In this document: in pieces, positions 40,248 through 50,792 of the stretch
Layout: each line of letters opens with the position of its first letter
Position numbering within the stretch: position 1 is the stretch's first letter
From: an uncultured delta proteobacterium
GTDB taxonomy: Bacteria; Myxococcota; Myxococcia; Myxococcales; Myxococcaceae
Reading direction: 5' to 3'
NCBI GenBank assembly: GCA_963713045.1
Contig: CAVQKE010000003.1
Span: 1,280,001 to 1,344,000, forward strand
Length of the DNA stretch: 64,000 nucleotides
The notes under the pieces: generated by a model
The model's database searches: none
Told to the model about the DNA's origin: nothing
The model's input: the letters and a program-made list of their open reading frames with translations, nothing else
Made by a program: the position numbers and the translations under genes

Positions 40248-42443
40248 CTAGCCGCCCGGCTTCTCCGCCGCCGGCGCGGGCAGGGGACTCTTGGCCGTCG
40301 AGGAAGGAGTCGCCTGCGGCGGAAGGCTGGTGGCCTTGTCCAAGGCAATGCGCTGGCTTAAGGAAGACTCAAGCTGCTTGGCAAAGCTGGCCCGCTTGGC
40401 GTCGGTGGCGGCCATCAGTTCCCGCAGCGCCGGCCAGAAGGGATGGTCCGGGTCCGCCTCGCGTTCCAGGCCGCTGGCCAGCAGCGGAAGCGCAGCGTCG
40501 CGGTCAGCGACGGCGGCCGTCTGCAGCGCCGCCACCAACTCCTCAGGTGCGGTGCGTGCCACTTCGGCCATGGCCACCGCCAGGTCACTCTTGGCGTGTT
40601 CGTCCGAAGTCGCGGCGCGCGTCAATTCCACCAGCCGTGACAAGGCCTCCGGGTTGCCTTCGGCCGCCAGCGTCACCAGCGAGGAGACGCAAGGCGTCTC
40701 GACGCCCAGCGTCCGCGACAGCAGCCGAAGCCGTAAGTAGACATCGTCCGAGGCGGTAAAGCTGTCCAACAGGGCCCGCGCGCCGAGGTAGTCCGCGGGG
40801 TTGGACTGGTAGATGGAGTCCGCCACCGCGGCGCGCACCGCCGGGTCCCTTTCGTTGCGCCAGGCGGTGCGGAGAAACGCCACGTTGCGGCGGTCGGCTT
40901 GGGCCGCCAGCTGCAAGTACGTCTTCAGCCGGGCCCGGGCCTCCTCCGCCGGAGAAGGCTGTGCGACGGGCTCGCTGAGGGCCGCCACCGCAGCGCCGGG
41001 GCCGGCGGCCGTCCCCATCGCAGCCAGTGCGGTCCCGGCGGCGTCGATGGTTTGCACCACCGGGCCAGTCCGCCCAGCAAAGTCATTCACCAGAATGCTG
41101 AAGGCCAGCGTCTCGCCGCTGGCCGTTTGCACCACGCCGCTCAGGGCGCAGACGTTTTCCAGCGTCCCGGTTTTCGCGCGAAGCCGGCCGGCGATGTCGG
41201 CGCCCTCGAAGCGCCACTTCAGCGTCCCGTCTTTTCCGCCAATCGGCACGCTGGAGAGGTACTCGGCCGCAAAGGGAAAACGCGAAACCATGGTTTTCAG
41301 AAGCCGCGCCAACTGCGCCGGGGTGAAGCGGTTGGTGTCGTTGATGCCGGAGCCATTCTTCAGCACGTAGCTGCCGCGGGGGATGCCCACCTCGTGCTCT
41401 AAAAACTCCTCGGCGGCCTGCACGCCTTTGGCCGTCGTTCCCGGCAGCCCCTTCACTTCGGCGCCCAGCGTCTTCATCAGCTGCTCGGCGACGAAGTTGT
41501 TGGACGTCTTGTTCATCCGCTTCAGCACCAGGTCGAAGGTGTCGCTTTGGGCGAGGTACAACAGCCGCGCCCGGTCCGGCGCTGTGCCCAGCTTCACCTT
41601 CCCCCGGACGTGCACGCCGCGCTGTTCCAAAAGCATTTTCAGCGTTTGGCCGTAGTACAACGGTGGCTGGTTGATGCGCTTCCACACCACGAATTCCCCG
41701 CTGGCGGGCACCGTCCCTCGGACCACAATTTTCTGTCGCTCGCCGTCCGCTTCCGAAGTGACGGAGGCGCGGCGGGCGCGACTGCCGGTGCCGACCGCCA
41801 CATTCACCACGGTGAAGTAGTCGCTGGGAGGGTCCACCTCCACCGCCGGCCGTGCCCCGACACCGGCCGAACGCACGTAGACGCCGACGGCGTTGGCGTT
41901 GAGGCTGAGGGCCCCGGTGGGTGCGGTGTAAGGCCGGTCGGTGGTTTCCTGTTCAAAACCGGGCGCCAAGCGCTCCGCGTCGAAGTAGCTGTCGTCCAGG
42001 ACAATGTCCGACACCTCCCGCAGGCCGAGGTGCTTCAGCTCACCCGCCACCTGGTAGAGGCGTTCCGTCGTCATGGTGGGGTCGCCCTTGCCACGCACGT
42101 ACAGCCGCGGCCGCTCGCTGGGGGCGCCGTCCAGGAAAAATTCGGTTTCGAAGCGAAAATCTGGCCCCAGCCGAGCCAGCGACGCCGCGGCTGTGACCAG
42201 CTTCACATTGGACGCCGGGTTGAGAAGCTCATCGGCGTTGCGGGCAAACACCACCGAGCCGTCCGACAGGCTGAGGACTGAAATGCCCACCCGCGCTGTC
42301 GCCAGGGGCCCGCGGGCCGCGACTTCGGTGAGGACTTGCTTCAGCGCCTCGCGGTCTGGCTCGCCCACCCCCGCGGCCCAGGCACCAGCGCCGAAACCTG
42401 CGGCCAGCAGGGCGACGAGAGGCGTGGCGACACGGCGCTGCAC
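40248..42443 (-). CDS. dacB: D-Ala-D-Ala carboxypeptidase/endopeptidase (PBP4, S13) with C-terminal helical extension
   Basis: PASNVK (SxxK), GDP, SNN (SxN) and AKTG; signal peptide. Confidence 0.92.
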   Translation of the reverse strand: MQRRVATPLVALLAAGFGAGAWAAGVGEPDREALKQVLTEVAARGPLATARVGISVLSLSDGSVVFARNADELLNPASNVKLVTAAASLARLGPDFRFETEFFLDGAPSERPRLYVRGKGDPTMTTERLYQVAGELKHLGLREVSDIVLDDSYFDAERLAPGFEQETTDRPYTAPTGALSLNANAVGVYVRSAGVGARPAVEVDPPSDYFTVVNVAVGTGSRARRASVTSEADGERQKIVVRGTVPASGEFVVWKRINQPPLYYGQTLKMLLEQRGVHVRGKVKLGTAPDRARLLYLAQSDTFDLVLKRMNKTSNNFVAEQLMKTLGAEVKGLPGTTAKGVQAAEEFLEHEVGIPRGSYVLKNGSGINDTNRFTPAQLARLLKTMVSRFPFAAEYLSSVPIGGKDGTLKWRFEGADIAGRLRAKTGTLENVCALSGVVQTASGETLAFSILVNDFAGRTGPVVQTIDAAGTALAAMGTAAGPGAAVAALSEPVAQPSPAEEARARLKTYLQLAAQADRRNVAFLRTAWRNERDPAVRAAVADSIYQSNPADYLGARALLDSFTASDDVYLRLRLLSRTLGVETPCVSSLVTLAAEGNPEALSRLVELTRAATSDEHAKSDLAVAMAEVARTAPEELVAALQTAAVADRDAALPLLASGLEREADPDHPFWPALRELMAATDAKRASFAKQLESSLSQRIALDKATSLPPQATPSSTAKSPLPAPAAEKPGG

Positions 42444-42563
42444 GGGGAGTACGGCGTATGTTCGCGCGCCGGGCGCATGCGCCGCAAGCCCCCTTCCGGA
42501 CGGCCCCCTTCCAGCTGCCCCGGGGTGCGCAGCAAACGGACACGCTGGCCCCTTGTCGGCCCG

Positions 42564-43883
42564 CTAGACCGCCGGCGCCGGGCGCCGAGGCAGCAGCCGC
42601 AGCAGAAGAAGGCCCACGGTGCCGGAGACGGCCGAACCCACCAGAATTCCCAGCCGCGACTCATCCAACAGCAGCTGTTCCTCGCCGAAGGCGAGGTTGG
42701 CGATGAAGAGGGCGACGGTAAAGCCAATGCCGGCCACCGCGCCGACGCCCAGCACTTGGCCCCAGGAGGCGCCCACCGGAAGCTGTGCCAGCTTGGCCTT
42801 CACCCCGGCGGCGGTGAAGCCGAAAATTCCAGCCGTCTTCCCCACAAACAGCCCGGCCACCGTCCCGAGAAACACCGGCGAGAGGAAGTCCTTGGCATCC
42901 AGCCCGCTGACGTCCACGCCGGAGTTGGCCAGGGCGAAGAGCGGCATGACGGCATACGCCACCCAAGGGTGGAGGGCATATTCAAAGCGGTCCAGCGGGG
43001 CCACCGTCCCGGACAGGGAATGGTCGGCCCAGGCCACTTCGTCCGCGGTGACGGCCGCGCTGTTGGTGACGCGCGCATTGAGACGCTGCAGCAAGTCCGC
43101 GAAGACGTCGGCGGGCGCATAGCGGCTTTCCGCCGGGATGAGGAGGCCGAGCACCACGCCCGCCAGGGTCGGGTGGAGCCCGGCCTCGTGGAAGGCCCAC
43201 CACAGCGCCCCGCCCGCCAGCACGTAGGGAAGCAGGCCCTGGACTTTGAGGCGGCTCAGTCCAAAAGCCGCCCCTGTCGCCACCACCGTCCACAACAGGC
43301 CCGTCGGTTGGATCCCGCTCCCGTAGAAGAGGGCGATGACCAGGATGCCCCCGATGTCATCGAAGATGGCCAGGGCGGTGAGAAACACCTTGAGGCTGTG
43401 TGGCACGCGGTCGCCCAACAAGGCGAGGCAACCAATGGAGAAGGCGATGTCCGTCGCCATCGGAATGGCCCAGCCGCGGACCCCGGCACCGCCTCCTTGG
43501 AAGGCCACGTACAAAAGCGCCGGGACCACCATTCCGCCCACCGCGGCAATGGCCGGCAGCAGGGCCTGGGCCGGCGTCCGGAGCTCCCCCCGCACCAACT
43601 CGCGCTTAATCTCCATCCCCACGACGAAGAAGAAGAAGGCCATCAGCACGTCGTCGACGAGGAAGTGCAGCGAGCCCCCCACGGCGAACCCTGCAACGCT
43701 GACGTTGATGGGTACTTCCCACAAGGCGTGCCATTGGCTGCGCCAGGGAGAGTTGGCCAGGCCGAAGGCTGCCAGCGCGGCCACCAGCAAAAGGATGCCT
43801 CCCTTGGCCTCGGTCCGCAGAAAGGCCTGCAGCGGAGCCACCAGGGCTTGGAAGACGCGTGTCGGCGGGCGAGGGGGTGCCAT
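42564..43883 (-). CDS. nhaA: Na+/H+ antiporter
   Basis: GWAIPMATDIAF, LAIFDDIG, LHPWVAY and GIGFTVALFI. Confidence 0.95.
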   Translation of the reverse strand: MAPPRPPTRVFQALVAPLQAFLRTEAKGGILLLVAALAAFGLANSPWRSQWHALWEVPINVSVAGFAVGGSLHFLVDDVLMAFFFFVVGMEIKRELVRGELRTPAQALLPAIAAVGGMVVPALLYVAFQGGGAGVRGWAIPMATDIAFSIGCLALLGDRVPHSLKVFLTALAIFDDIGGILVIALFYGSGIQPTGLLWTVVATGAAFGLSRLKVQGLLPYVLAGGALWWAFHEAGLHPTLAGVVLGLLIPAESRYAPADVFADLLQRLNARVTNSAAVTADEVAWADHSLSGTVAPLDRFEYALHPWVAYAVMPLFALANSGVDVSGLDAKDFLSPVFLGTVAGLFVGKTAGIFGFTAAGVKAKLAQLPVGASWGQVLGVGAVAGIGFTVALFIANLAFGEEQLLLDESRLGILVGSAVSGTVGLLLLRLLPRRPAPAV

Positions 43884-43943
43884 GGAGGGCGGCCGGGGAC
43901 CGCCGGGGACTTAGGCCGGGCCGCCGACCAGCGTCCAGCACCT

Positions 43944-44471
43944 TCAGCGCGAGGAGACTTCGTCCCGGCGATTCTTGGCGTGCGCTGCGGCGTCGTGGCC
44001 AGCGTCGGCCGGCCGGTCTTCGCCGTAGCTGACGGTGTCGAGGCGGTTACCAGGAACGCCCAGGGCGATGAGGTAGGCGCGCGCCACCACGGCCCGGCGC
44101 TGTCCGAGGTGGAGGTTGTATTCCTCGGTCCCCACCTCGTCGGTGTTGCCGGCAATCAGAATCTGGGCGGTGGGGTGGGCCTTCAGCTCCTGCGCCAGCA
44201 CCTGCAGCTTCTCTTGGTCCTCCGGCGTCAAGTCCACCTTGTCAAAGGCGAAGTAGGCGATGGGGCCATTGAGGAGGCGGCCCAAGGCTGCGGCATCCTC
44301 CCGCTGGGCCGCCGTCGCATTGACGGGCGCCGGCTCAGCCTTGGCGACGACGGGTGGGGGAGGTGTCGGTGCGGGTGCCTGCGCCATGGGCGTCTCGTGG
44401 GCACAACCCAGGACACCCAGCAAGGCGAAGGCTGAAACCAGAGGGGACAAGGGACGAAGAGCGCTGCGCAT
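43944..44471 (-). CDS. Pal/OmpA-family peptidoglycan-associated lipoprotein
   Basis: Lipobox LGC; YFAFD, GNTDE.GT.EYN..LG.RRA, SYGE and KNRR; AGGAGG RBS. Confidence 0.9.
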   Translation of the reverse strand: MRSALRPLSPLVSAFALLGVLGCAHETPMAQAPAPTPPPPVVAKAEPAPVNATAAQREDAAALGRLLNGPIAYFAFDKVDLTPEDQEKLQVLAQELKAHPTAQILIAGNTDEVGTEEYNLHLGQRRAVVARAYLIALGVPGNRLDTVSYGEDRPADAGHDAAAHAKNRRDEVSSR

Positions 44472-44637
44472 GGTCGACCTCCTGAGGGGGAAAGCTGGTG
44501 CGGAAAAAGGTGCTAATCGTTGCGTTCACAAACAACCCTTCTCCGCGCCAAAACTTCCCGGGCGGAGGTGGGTCCGTTGAGCCGTCACCGAAGGCCTTTG
44601 ACGGTCCGCGTCAAGTCGCGGCGAAGCGAGAAACACC

Positions 44638-45084
44638 ATGCGAGCGCTGCTTCAGCGGGTGACGGGGGCCAGCGTCCGGGTGGAGGGCCGGGTGGCGGGC
44701 TCCATCGGCCCCGGGCTGCTCGTCCTCTTGGGCGTCGGCCAAGCGGACACCGACGCCAGTGCGGTTTGGCTCGCCGACCGGGTGGCAGGGCTGCGTCTCT
44801 TCTCAGACCCAGCGGGGAAGATGAATCTGTCCCTCCTCGAGACCCACCGCGCGGCCTTGGTGGTGAGCCAATTCACCCTGTATGCCGACACCCGCAAGGG
44901 ACGCCGGCCGAGCTTCACCCTGGCCGCCGAGCCTGAGGAAGCCAATCGCCTGTACGGCCTTTTCTGCAGCGAACTCGCGCGCGCCGGCGTGCATGTGGAA
45001 CGTGGCGTCTTTGCGGCCAGCATGCAGGTGGCACTGGTCAACGACGGCCCGGTGACCGTCCTGCTCGACACCGAAGGCCGTTGA
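44638..45084 (+). CDS. dtd: D-aminoacyl-tRNA deacylase
   Basis: MRA..QRV, SQFTL and NDGPVT. Confidence 0.96.
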   Translation: MRALLQRVTGASVRVEGRVAGSIGPGLLVLLGVGQADTDASAVWLADRVAGLRLFSDPAGKMNLSLLETHRAALVVSQFTLYADTRKGRRPSFTLAAEPEEANRLYGLFCSELARAGVHVERGVFAASMQVALVNDGPVTVLLDTEGR

Positions 45085-45109
45085 AAACCTCAGGGCGGTA
45101 AGACCCCCC

Positions 45110-45300
45110 TGTCCGGTGCGGCAGCGCTCAAACGTTCACCCAAACCGAATGGACAGCCAAACCAGCGCAAACAACCCGCATGCCCAGGGGCGAGGTCCTG
45201 CCCGATGGCCGCAACCGTCGTTCACCCGCCGGCCGGTGCTTTGTGGCCGCCGCGGGAGGAAAAGCGTCCGGCAGCAACGCCGTCGAACGTTTACCCCAAA
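45110..45300 (+). promoter_or_regulatory. Tandem candidate ECF promoters
   Basis: GTCCGG-N14-AACGTT(C/T)ACCC at 45111 and 45266 with identical spacing; a third CGTTCACCC at 45219. Confidence 0.55.
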
Positions 45301-45346
45301 GAACGCGGGGGAAACTGCCGCGTGACCAACCCCAAGGAGTGCAAAC

Positions 45347-45688
45347 ATGAGCGAGTTCATCTATTTGTATCGCGGTCCAGCGACGCCGCCTGTGTCACCT
45401 CAGCAAATGCAAGAGCGGCTGCAACGGTGGTCAGCGTGGTTCAAGGAAGTCGAAAAGATGGGTCACCTGGTCAACATCGGGCAGCCGCTCGAGCAGACGG
45501 GGGGCGGCCTGGTGAAGGACAGAAGCGGCAGCCTGAGCGACGGCCCGTACGCCGAAACGAAGGACATCGTGCTCGGGTTCTCCATCATCAAGGCCAAGGA
45601 CCTTCAGGAAGCGGCGAAGCTGACGAAGGGCCATCCCATCTTCGACCAGGGGGGCCTCATCGAGGTCCGCCCCATCAAGAGCATGTAG
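45347..45688 (+). CDS. YCII/DGPF-family protein
   Basis: DGPYAETKD and IEVRPI; AAGGAG RBS. Confidence 0.9.
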   Translation: MSEFIYLYRGPATPPVSPQQMQERLQRWSAWFKEVEKMGHLVNIGQPLEQTGGGLVKDRSGSLSDGPYAETKDIVLGFSIIKAKDLQEAAKLTKGHPIFDQGGLIEVRPIKSM

Positions 45689-46947
45689 TGGAGCCGGACA
45701 GCGCCTTCTTCCGCCGAGAGGCGTCGCGTTTGGTGGCTGCACTGACGCGCGCCTTCGGCGTGGAGAACCTGGCGCTGGCCGAGGACGTGGTCCAGGAGAC
45801 GCTGGCCAGCGCCTTCGAGGTGTGGAGCTACCGGGGCGTGCCGGAGCACTACTCCGCGCTTCTGATGGCTGCGGCAAAGAACCGCGTCCTCGACACCTTT
45901 CGACGCGCGCGGACGGCCCACAAGTTCGCCCCTGAACTGGGCCGCTTCATCGAAAGCGAATGGACGCTGCGTCCAGCGGTGGAGGCGCTCTTCCTTCCCG
46001 ACGCCCTGAAGGACGATGAGCTGCGGATGATGTTTTCCTGCTGCCATCCGCGCCTGCAGAAGGACGTGCAGGTGGCGCTCATCCTCAACGTCCTGTGCAG
46101 TTTCAGCGTCGAGGAAATTGCCAGCGCCTTTCTGACCACGGCGTCGGCCGTCGAGAAGCGCCTGTGGCGCGGCAAAAAACTTCTCGCGGCCTCGAAGCGC
46201 CTCTTCGAATTGACGGCGGACGACTTCGCCCCACGCCTTTCCGCCGTCCACCGCGCCCTCTATTTACTCTTCAATGAGGGCTACCACGGCGCCTGCCCAG
46301 ACGCCGTGGTGCGGGTCGACCTCTGTCGCGAAGCGATGCGCCTGGTGCGTCTTCTGGTTGAGCATGCGCCGGCCGCAACGCCGGCGACGCAGGCGCTGGC
46401 TGCGCTGATGTACCTCGACGCGGCACGACTGCCGAGCCGAATGGACGCGGGCGGCAACTTGAAGGCACTGGTCGAGCAAGACCGAACGCGCTGGGACGCG
46501 GCACTCATCGCCGAGGGCCTAACGCTGCTCGACCAATCGGCCCAGGGCGAGGAAGTCACCGTCTACCACGTCGAAGCGGGCATCGCCGGCCTCCACGCGG
46601 CGGCTGGTTCCACCGAGGAGACGCGCTGGGGCGAGATTGTCAGACACTATGACGTCTTGATGAAGCTCTCCCCTTCTCCGGTGGTCGCGCTCAACCGCGC
46701 GATGGCCCTGGCCCAAGCCCAAGGGGCTGCCAAGGGACTGGCGGCAATTCAAGCCATCGCTGGAGCCCAACGCTTGGCCCGCTACCCATTTTACCCGGCG
46801 GCGCTGGGCGAGCTTCAGCTTCGCGTTGGACAGCCCGAGGCGGCCGCGGACCATTTCCGCGCCGCGCGTCGACTGGCCCGCAACGACGCAGAGCGCCGCT
46901 TTCTCGATGGGCGTCTCAGCGAATGCGAACGGAGCTTGTCTCCCTAA
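45688..46947 (+). CDS. ECF sigma factor with C-terminal TPR-like extension (ECF42-like)
   Basis: LAEDVVQE, DDELRMMF.CCHP.L, LYLLFNEGY, QDR.RWD and SPVVALNRA; coupled to the DGPF gene. Confidence 0.9.
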   Translation: MEPDSAFFRREASRLVAALTRAFGVENLALAEDVVQETLASAFEVWSYRGVPEHYSALLMAAAKNRVLDTFRRARTAHKFAPELGRFIESEWTLRPAVEALFLPDALKDDELRMMFSCCHPRLQKDVQVALILNVLCSFSVEEIASAFLTTASAVEKRLWRGKKLLAASKRLFELTADDFAPRLSAVHRALYLLFNEGYHGACPDAVVRVDLCREAMRLVRLLVEHAPAATPATQALAALMYLDAARLPSRMDAGGNLKALVEQDRTRWDAALIAEGLTLLDQSAQGEEVTVYHVEAGIAGLHAAAGSTEETRWGEIVRHYDVLMKLSPSPVVALNRAMALAQAQGAAKGLAAIQAIAGAQRLARYPFYPAALGELQLRVGQPEAAADHFRAARRLARNDAERRFLDGRLSECERSLSP

Positions 46948-47078
46948 CGCCGCCGCTGACCCGGCCGCAAACGGGCGGGTTGCGTCACGTAACTTCGGCC
47001 AACGAATTCATCTCCGCCAAAAATGCGAGTTGTGGTACGCCGCGCCCCGGAAATTATTTTCTCTGGGGGTTTTCGCGA

Positions 47079-48686
47079 ATGAAAATGGCTCACGCTGTTC
47101 GTTTCGGAACACTGGCGGTCGTCGCACTCGCGCTGCTAACGTCAACTCCAGCAGCGGCCCAGAAGCAGCCCAACATCATCTTCATCATGGGAGATGACAT
47201 CGGCTGGTTCAACATCGGCGCCTACCACCGCGGCATCATGGCGGGCCGCACCCCCAACCTGGACCGACTGGCCAGCGAAGGCATGTTGTTTACCGACTAC
47301 TACGCCGAGGCGAGCTGCACGGCGGGGCGCGCCAATTTCATTACTGGCGAGATTCCTCTTCGCACCGGCATGACAACCGTCGGACAGGCTGGCTCTCCCA
47401 TCGGCATTCCAGCGCAGGCAGTCACCATCGCCACGGTGCTCAAGTCGATGGGCTATGCAACCGGTCAGTTCGGGAAAAACCACCTGGGCGACTTGAATGA
47501 ATTTCTACCCACCGTCCACGGCTTCGACGAATTCTTCGGGTACCTGTACCACCTGGACGCGATGGAGGACCCCTGCCACCGAAATTACCCGCCCGCCCTC
47601 AAGGACACCATTGGTCCGCGCCACATGGTGCACAGCTGGGCGACCGACAAGGACGACACCACCGTCCAGCCGCGCTGGGGGAAAGTGGGCAAGCAACGCA
47701 TCGAGGATGCCGGACAGCTTTGCCCTGAACGGATGAAGACGGTGGACGACGAAATTCTCAAGCTTGCCCTCTCCTTCATCGAAAAGACGCACAAAGCCGG
47801 CAAGCCCTTCTTCGTCTGGCTGAACCCGACACGGATGCACGTCATCACGCACCTCTCGGACAAGTACGAGAGTCTGCGGACTCCAGAGAACGGCTGGACC
47901 ATCCAAGAGGCGGGGATGGCGCAGCTCGACGACATCGTCGGCGCTGTCCTTGCGAAAGTGAAGGAACTGGGACTCGACGACAACACCATCATCGCCTTCA
48001 GCACCGACAACGGCGCCGAGAATTTCACCTGGCCCGACGGCGGCCAGACCCCGTTTGCCGGCGGGAAAGGGACGGCCATGGAGGGTGGCTTCCGTGTGCC
48101 GGCGATGGTCCGCTGGCCGGGCAAGGTGCCTGCCGGAAAGGTGTCCAACGACATCGTCTCAGGGCTTGACTGGTTCCCGACTTTGGTCGCGGCCGCGGGC
48201 AACACCAACATCACCGAGGAGCTCCTCAAGGGGAAGAAGATTGGCGACATGACCTACAAGGTGCACCTGGACGGCTACAACCAGATGGACCTCATCACTG
48301 GCAAGGGACCGTCCAAACGCCACGAGATTTTCTACTTCACCGAAGGGACCCTCTCGGCCGTCCGCATCAACGACTACAAGTACCGCTTCACCGACCAGCC
48401 CCAGGGATGGCTCGGCGGCACCATCAAGGTCGACTGGCCCATTTTGACCAACCTTCGCCTTGACCCCTTCGAGCGCACCGGCCTCCCCACGACATCGACC
48501 GGGTCGCTCGCCTTCTACAACTGGTTCGCCTTCGAGTTTTGGCGATTCATTTTCGTCCAGCAGGAAGTCGCCAAGCTGGCACAGACCGCCATCGAATTTC
48601 CGCCGATGCAGAAAGGCGCGAGCTTCAACCTCGAGGCAGTGAAGGCAGAAATCCAGAGGAAGATGGCAGCCCACGCGGGTCAGTAG
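47079..48686 (+). CDS. Secreted arylsulfatase (formylglycine-dependent)
   Basis: Signal peptide, PNIIFIMGDD.G, SCTAGRA, GKNHLG and TDNG. Confidence 0.93.
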   Translation: MKMAHAVRFGTLAVVALALLTSTPAAAQKQPNIIFIMGDDIGWFNIGAYHRGIMAGRTPNLDRLASEGMLFTDYYAEASCTAGRANFITGEIPLRTGMTTVGQAGSPIGIPAQAVTIATVLKSMGYATGQFGKNHLGDLNEFLPTVHGFDEFFGYLYHLDAMEDPCHRNYPPALKDTIGPRHMVHSWATDKDDTTVQPRWGKVGKQRIEDAGQLCPERMKTVDDEILKLALSFIEKTHKAGKPFFVWLNPTRMHVITHLSDKYESLRTPENGWTIQEAGMAQLDDIVGAVLAKVKELGLDDNTIIAFSTDNGAENFTWPDGGQTPFAGGKGTAMEGGFRVPAMVRWPGKVPAGKVSNDIVSGLDWFPTLVAAAGNTNITEELLKGKKIGDMTYKVHLDGYNQMDLITGKGPSKRHEIFYFTEGTLSAVRINDYKYRFTDQPQGWLGGTIKVDWPILTNLRLDPFERTGLPTTSTGSLAFYNWFAFEFWRFIFVQQEVAKLAQTAIEFPPMQKGASFNLEAVKAEIQRKMAAHAGQ

Positions 48687-48726
48687 GCCAATCGCTCCGG
48701 CTGGCTGAAGCAAAAGGCCGTGGTCA

Positions 48727-48761
48727 GCCCGGCACGGGGGGATTTCTCCCCGCGCTCGGGC
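48727..48761. terminator. GC-rich hairpin between convergent genes
   Basis: GCCCGGCACGGGGGGA-TT-TCTCCCCGCGCTCGGGC; no U-tract. Confidence 0.35.
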
Positions 48762-48867
48762 CGCCCCCGCGCGCGCCTTGGGTTCGCGGAGTGCCTCGCC
48801 GGCGGCCCAGCGGTGGAAGTGCTTCCGTCCAGCCTCGGGGGCTTTCCCTGGCCAGCGGTAGCGGCCT

Positions 48868-49719
48868 TCAGTCCAATGGCGCCAGAGTCCCGCTCTCCCG
48901 GGTGACGAGGCTGGTCAGGGCGAAGCCCTGCGCGGCGGCCTCGCGCACCTGCTGGGCAAGTTGCCCCACCTCGCGCACCCAGGCCTGGGCAGCCGCCCCC
49001 AGCCCGCTGAAGGCCACCGTCAAGGTGGGCGGATTGGCCGTGGTGCCCAGCCAGTAGGCGAGCAGCTCCTGCACCTCGGGAATTTCCACCTTCCCCAACC
49101 GCCGCCGTTCGCGCTCGGCCAGCCGCAGCACCTGCTGCTGCAGGGTGCGCCCCCAGGCCTTGACGGCGTAGCTGGGGCGGAAACTCCAGTCGGCCACCGC
49201 GGCATTGTCCGCCGGGCGGTACAGCGAGCGCCCCAGCGTCACCAGCACCTGGTCCGGCGGAAAGGCAGGAAAAGGCTCCCAAATGCCGGCCACCAGAGCC
49301 ACCAGCCCGCTGCGGATGACGCGGCCGAGCCAGTCGGACTGAAAGGCATCGGCGGCCACCGGGTCCCAATAGGGGTAGGCCGGCTCTTGCAGCATCAGCG
49401 CCCCATGCAGCGCATGTTCATACTTGCCGGCGTAACCGGCGTGCTCGGCCACCAGCGTCCAGCCGTCGGGCTGATTGCGCCATTCGGCGAAAAGGACGCG
49501 GTGCAGCGCCTCCAGCCAGTCGTCGTCGTCCAGGCCGAAGAAGCTGCCACCCACCGTCCGTTCCAGGACGTGCTCAATCAGCCACACCGTGCGTTGGTCC
49601 GCCATGCCCTGCAGGAGGCGTGCGAGGCCGGCATTGGCGTCCACCACGCCGAGGGTGAAGGCCGGAAACGCCACCTCCTCCAGGAAGCGGTCGTTGACTG
49701 GGCGGAGGATGACATTCAC
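48868..49719 (-). CDS. Hypothetical protein
   Basis: 283-aa ORF with typical codon usage, co-oriented downstream of ptsN. No motif recognised. Confidence 0.75.
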   Translation of the reverse strand: MNVILRPVNDRFLEEVAFPAFTLGVVDANAGLARLLQGMADQRTVWLIEHVLERTVGGSFFGLDDDDWLEALHRVLFAEWRNQPDGWTLVAEHAGYAGKYEHALHGALMLQEPAYPYWDPVAADAFQSDWLGRVIRSGLVALVAGIWEPFPAFPPDQVLVTLGRSLYRPADNAAVADWSFRPSYAVKAWGRTLQQQVLRLAERERRRLGKVEIPEVQELLAYWLGTTANPPTLTVAFSGLGAAAQAWVREVGQLAQQVREAAAQGFALTSLVTRESGTLAPLD

Positions 49720-49753
49720 TGGGCGGCAGGCCCGTCGACGCCCTGCGGCCGTC

Positions 49754-50218
49754 TCAGCACCGGTTGTCCTCCTCGGAGATGAGACGGTAGATGTCCGGCG
49801 CCGAGGAGGCGGCGAGGATGGAGGCGCGCAGTTCGGGGCTGCGGAAAAGACGCGACACGCGTGCCAGCGCCTTCAGGTGGATACCGGCCGAATTCTCGGG
49901 TGCCACCAGGGCGAAAAAAAGATTGGTGGGGCGTTTGTCGATGGAGGCGAAGTCCACCCCGGCATGGGACACGCCGAAGACGGCATACAGACGGTCCAGG
50001 CCTGGCATTTTGCCGTGCGGAATGGCCACCCCATCGCCGATGCCGGTGGAGGCCAGCTTCTCGCGCTCGCCCAACACTTCCAGGACGCGGTCCGCCCGGA
50101 GCGTGCCGCCGTAGGCCGAGGCGAGATGCTCCGACAGCTCGCGCAGAACCTCCGTCTTGGTGGTGCCGTGGAGCTCGGCCACCACCGCATTCGAGCTGAG
50201 GAACTCGGTGACCTTCAT
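49754..50218 (-). CDS. ptsN: PTS IIA(Ntr)-like protein
   Basis: REKLASTGIGDGVAIPH, DFASID and HLKALA; rpoN neighbourhood. Confidence 0.92.
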   Translation of the reverse strand: MKVTEFLSSNAVVAELHGTTKTEVLRELSEHLASAYGGTLRADRVLEVLGEREKLASTGIGDGVAIPHGKMPGLDRLYAVFGVSHAGVDFASIDKRPTNLFFALVAPENSAGIHLKALARVSRLFRSPELRASILAASSAPDIYRLISEEDNRC

Positions 50219-50363
50219 GCCGTCAGACGCCTCGACCCGGTGGGTCGGAAGGGGGACTGAAGAGTGAAAGGGGCAATTACCCCGCACGCCCGACCAGCGC
50301 AAGACGGCGACCCCTCTTCAGGCCCCGGGCATGGCCTGAAGCCCGAAGGGGGCTGGCCCTCCT

Positions 50364-50702
50364 TCAGCCGGCGGATTCGAAGGCGTCCTGCTGGTGGTGC
50401 ACCCAATCGCGCGCATGGTGCTGCTTGTGCCGGTCCTTCTCGCGGCGGAACTGTTCCTCGAGGCGGTCACAGGCGAGGTCCAAGGACACCACCATGTCCG
50501 AGGCTTCGTGCCCGGCCCGGAGGAGAAGCGCGCCAGCCGCCACCGTGACGTAGGCGCAATACAAGTGCCGCTCCAGCGACAGGACCACGTGTGCCATCCC
50601 AGCAACGTCGAGATGGCGAGTCAGCCGCTCCACCCGTTCTTTCGCGTGCTCCTTGAGGATTTCAGACGCCTCCAGGTTGCGGAACGTGATGGTCAGCTGC
50701 AT
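50364..50702 (-). CDS. hpf: Ribosome hibernation promoting factor (HPF/RaiA, short form)
   Basis: MQLTITFRN and DM..SLD....RLE.Q.RR.K; AAGGAGG RBS. Confidence 0.85.
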   Translation of the reverse strand: MQLTITFRNLEASEILKEHAKERVERLTRHLDVAGMAHVVLSLERHLYCAYVTVAAGALLLRAGHEASDMVVSLDLACDRLEEQFRREKDRHKQHHARDWVHHQQDAFESAG

Positions 50703-50775
50703 GGGCCCCTCCTTGGGGGGTGGTGGGTGGAGTCACATCGCCATGCCCCCATTCACGCTCGGTCCGGCACCTGCT

Positions 50776-50792
50776 GGCAACAGGGGTCCCAA
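50776..50792 (-). promoter_or_regulatory. Candidate sigma54 promoter of hpf-ptsN
   Basis: TTGGGAC-CCCTG-TTGCC, one mismatch to TGGCAC-N5-TTGC. Confidence 0.6.
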
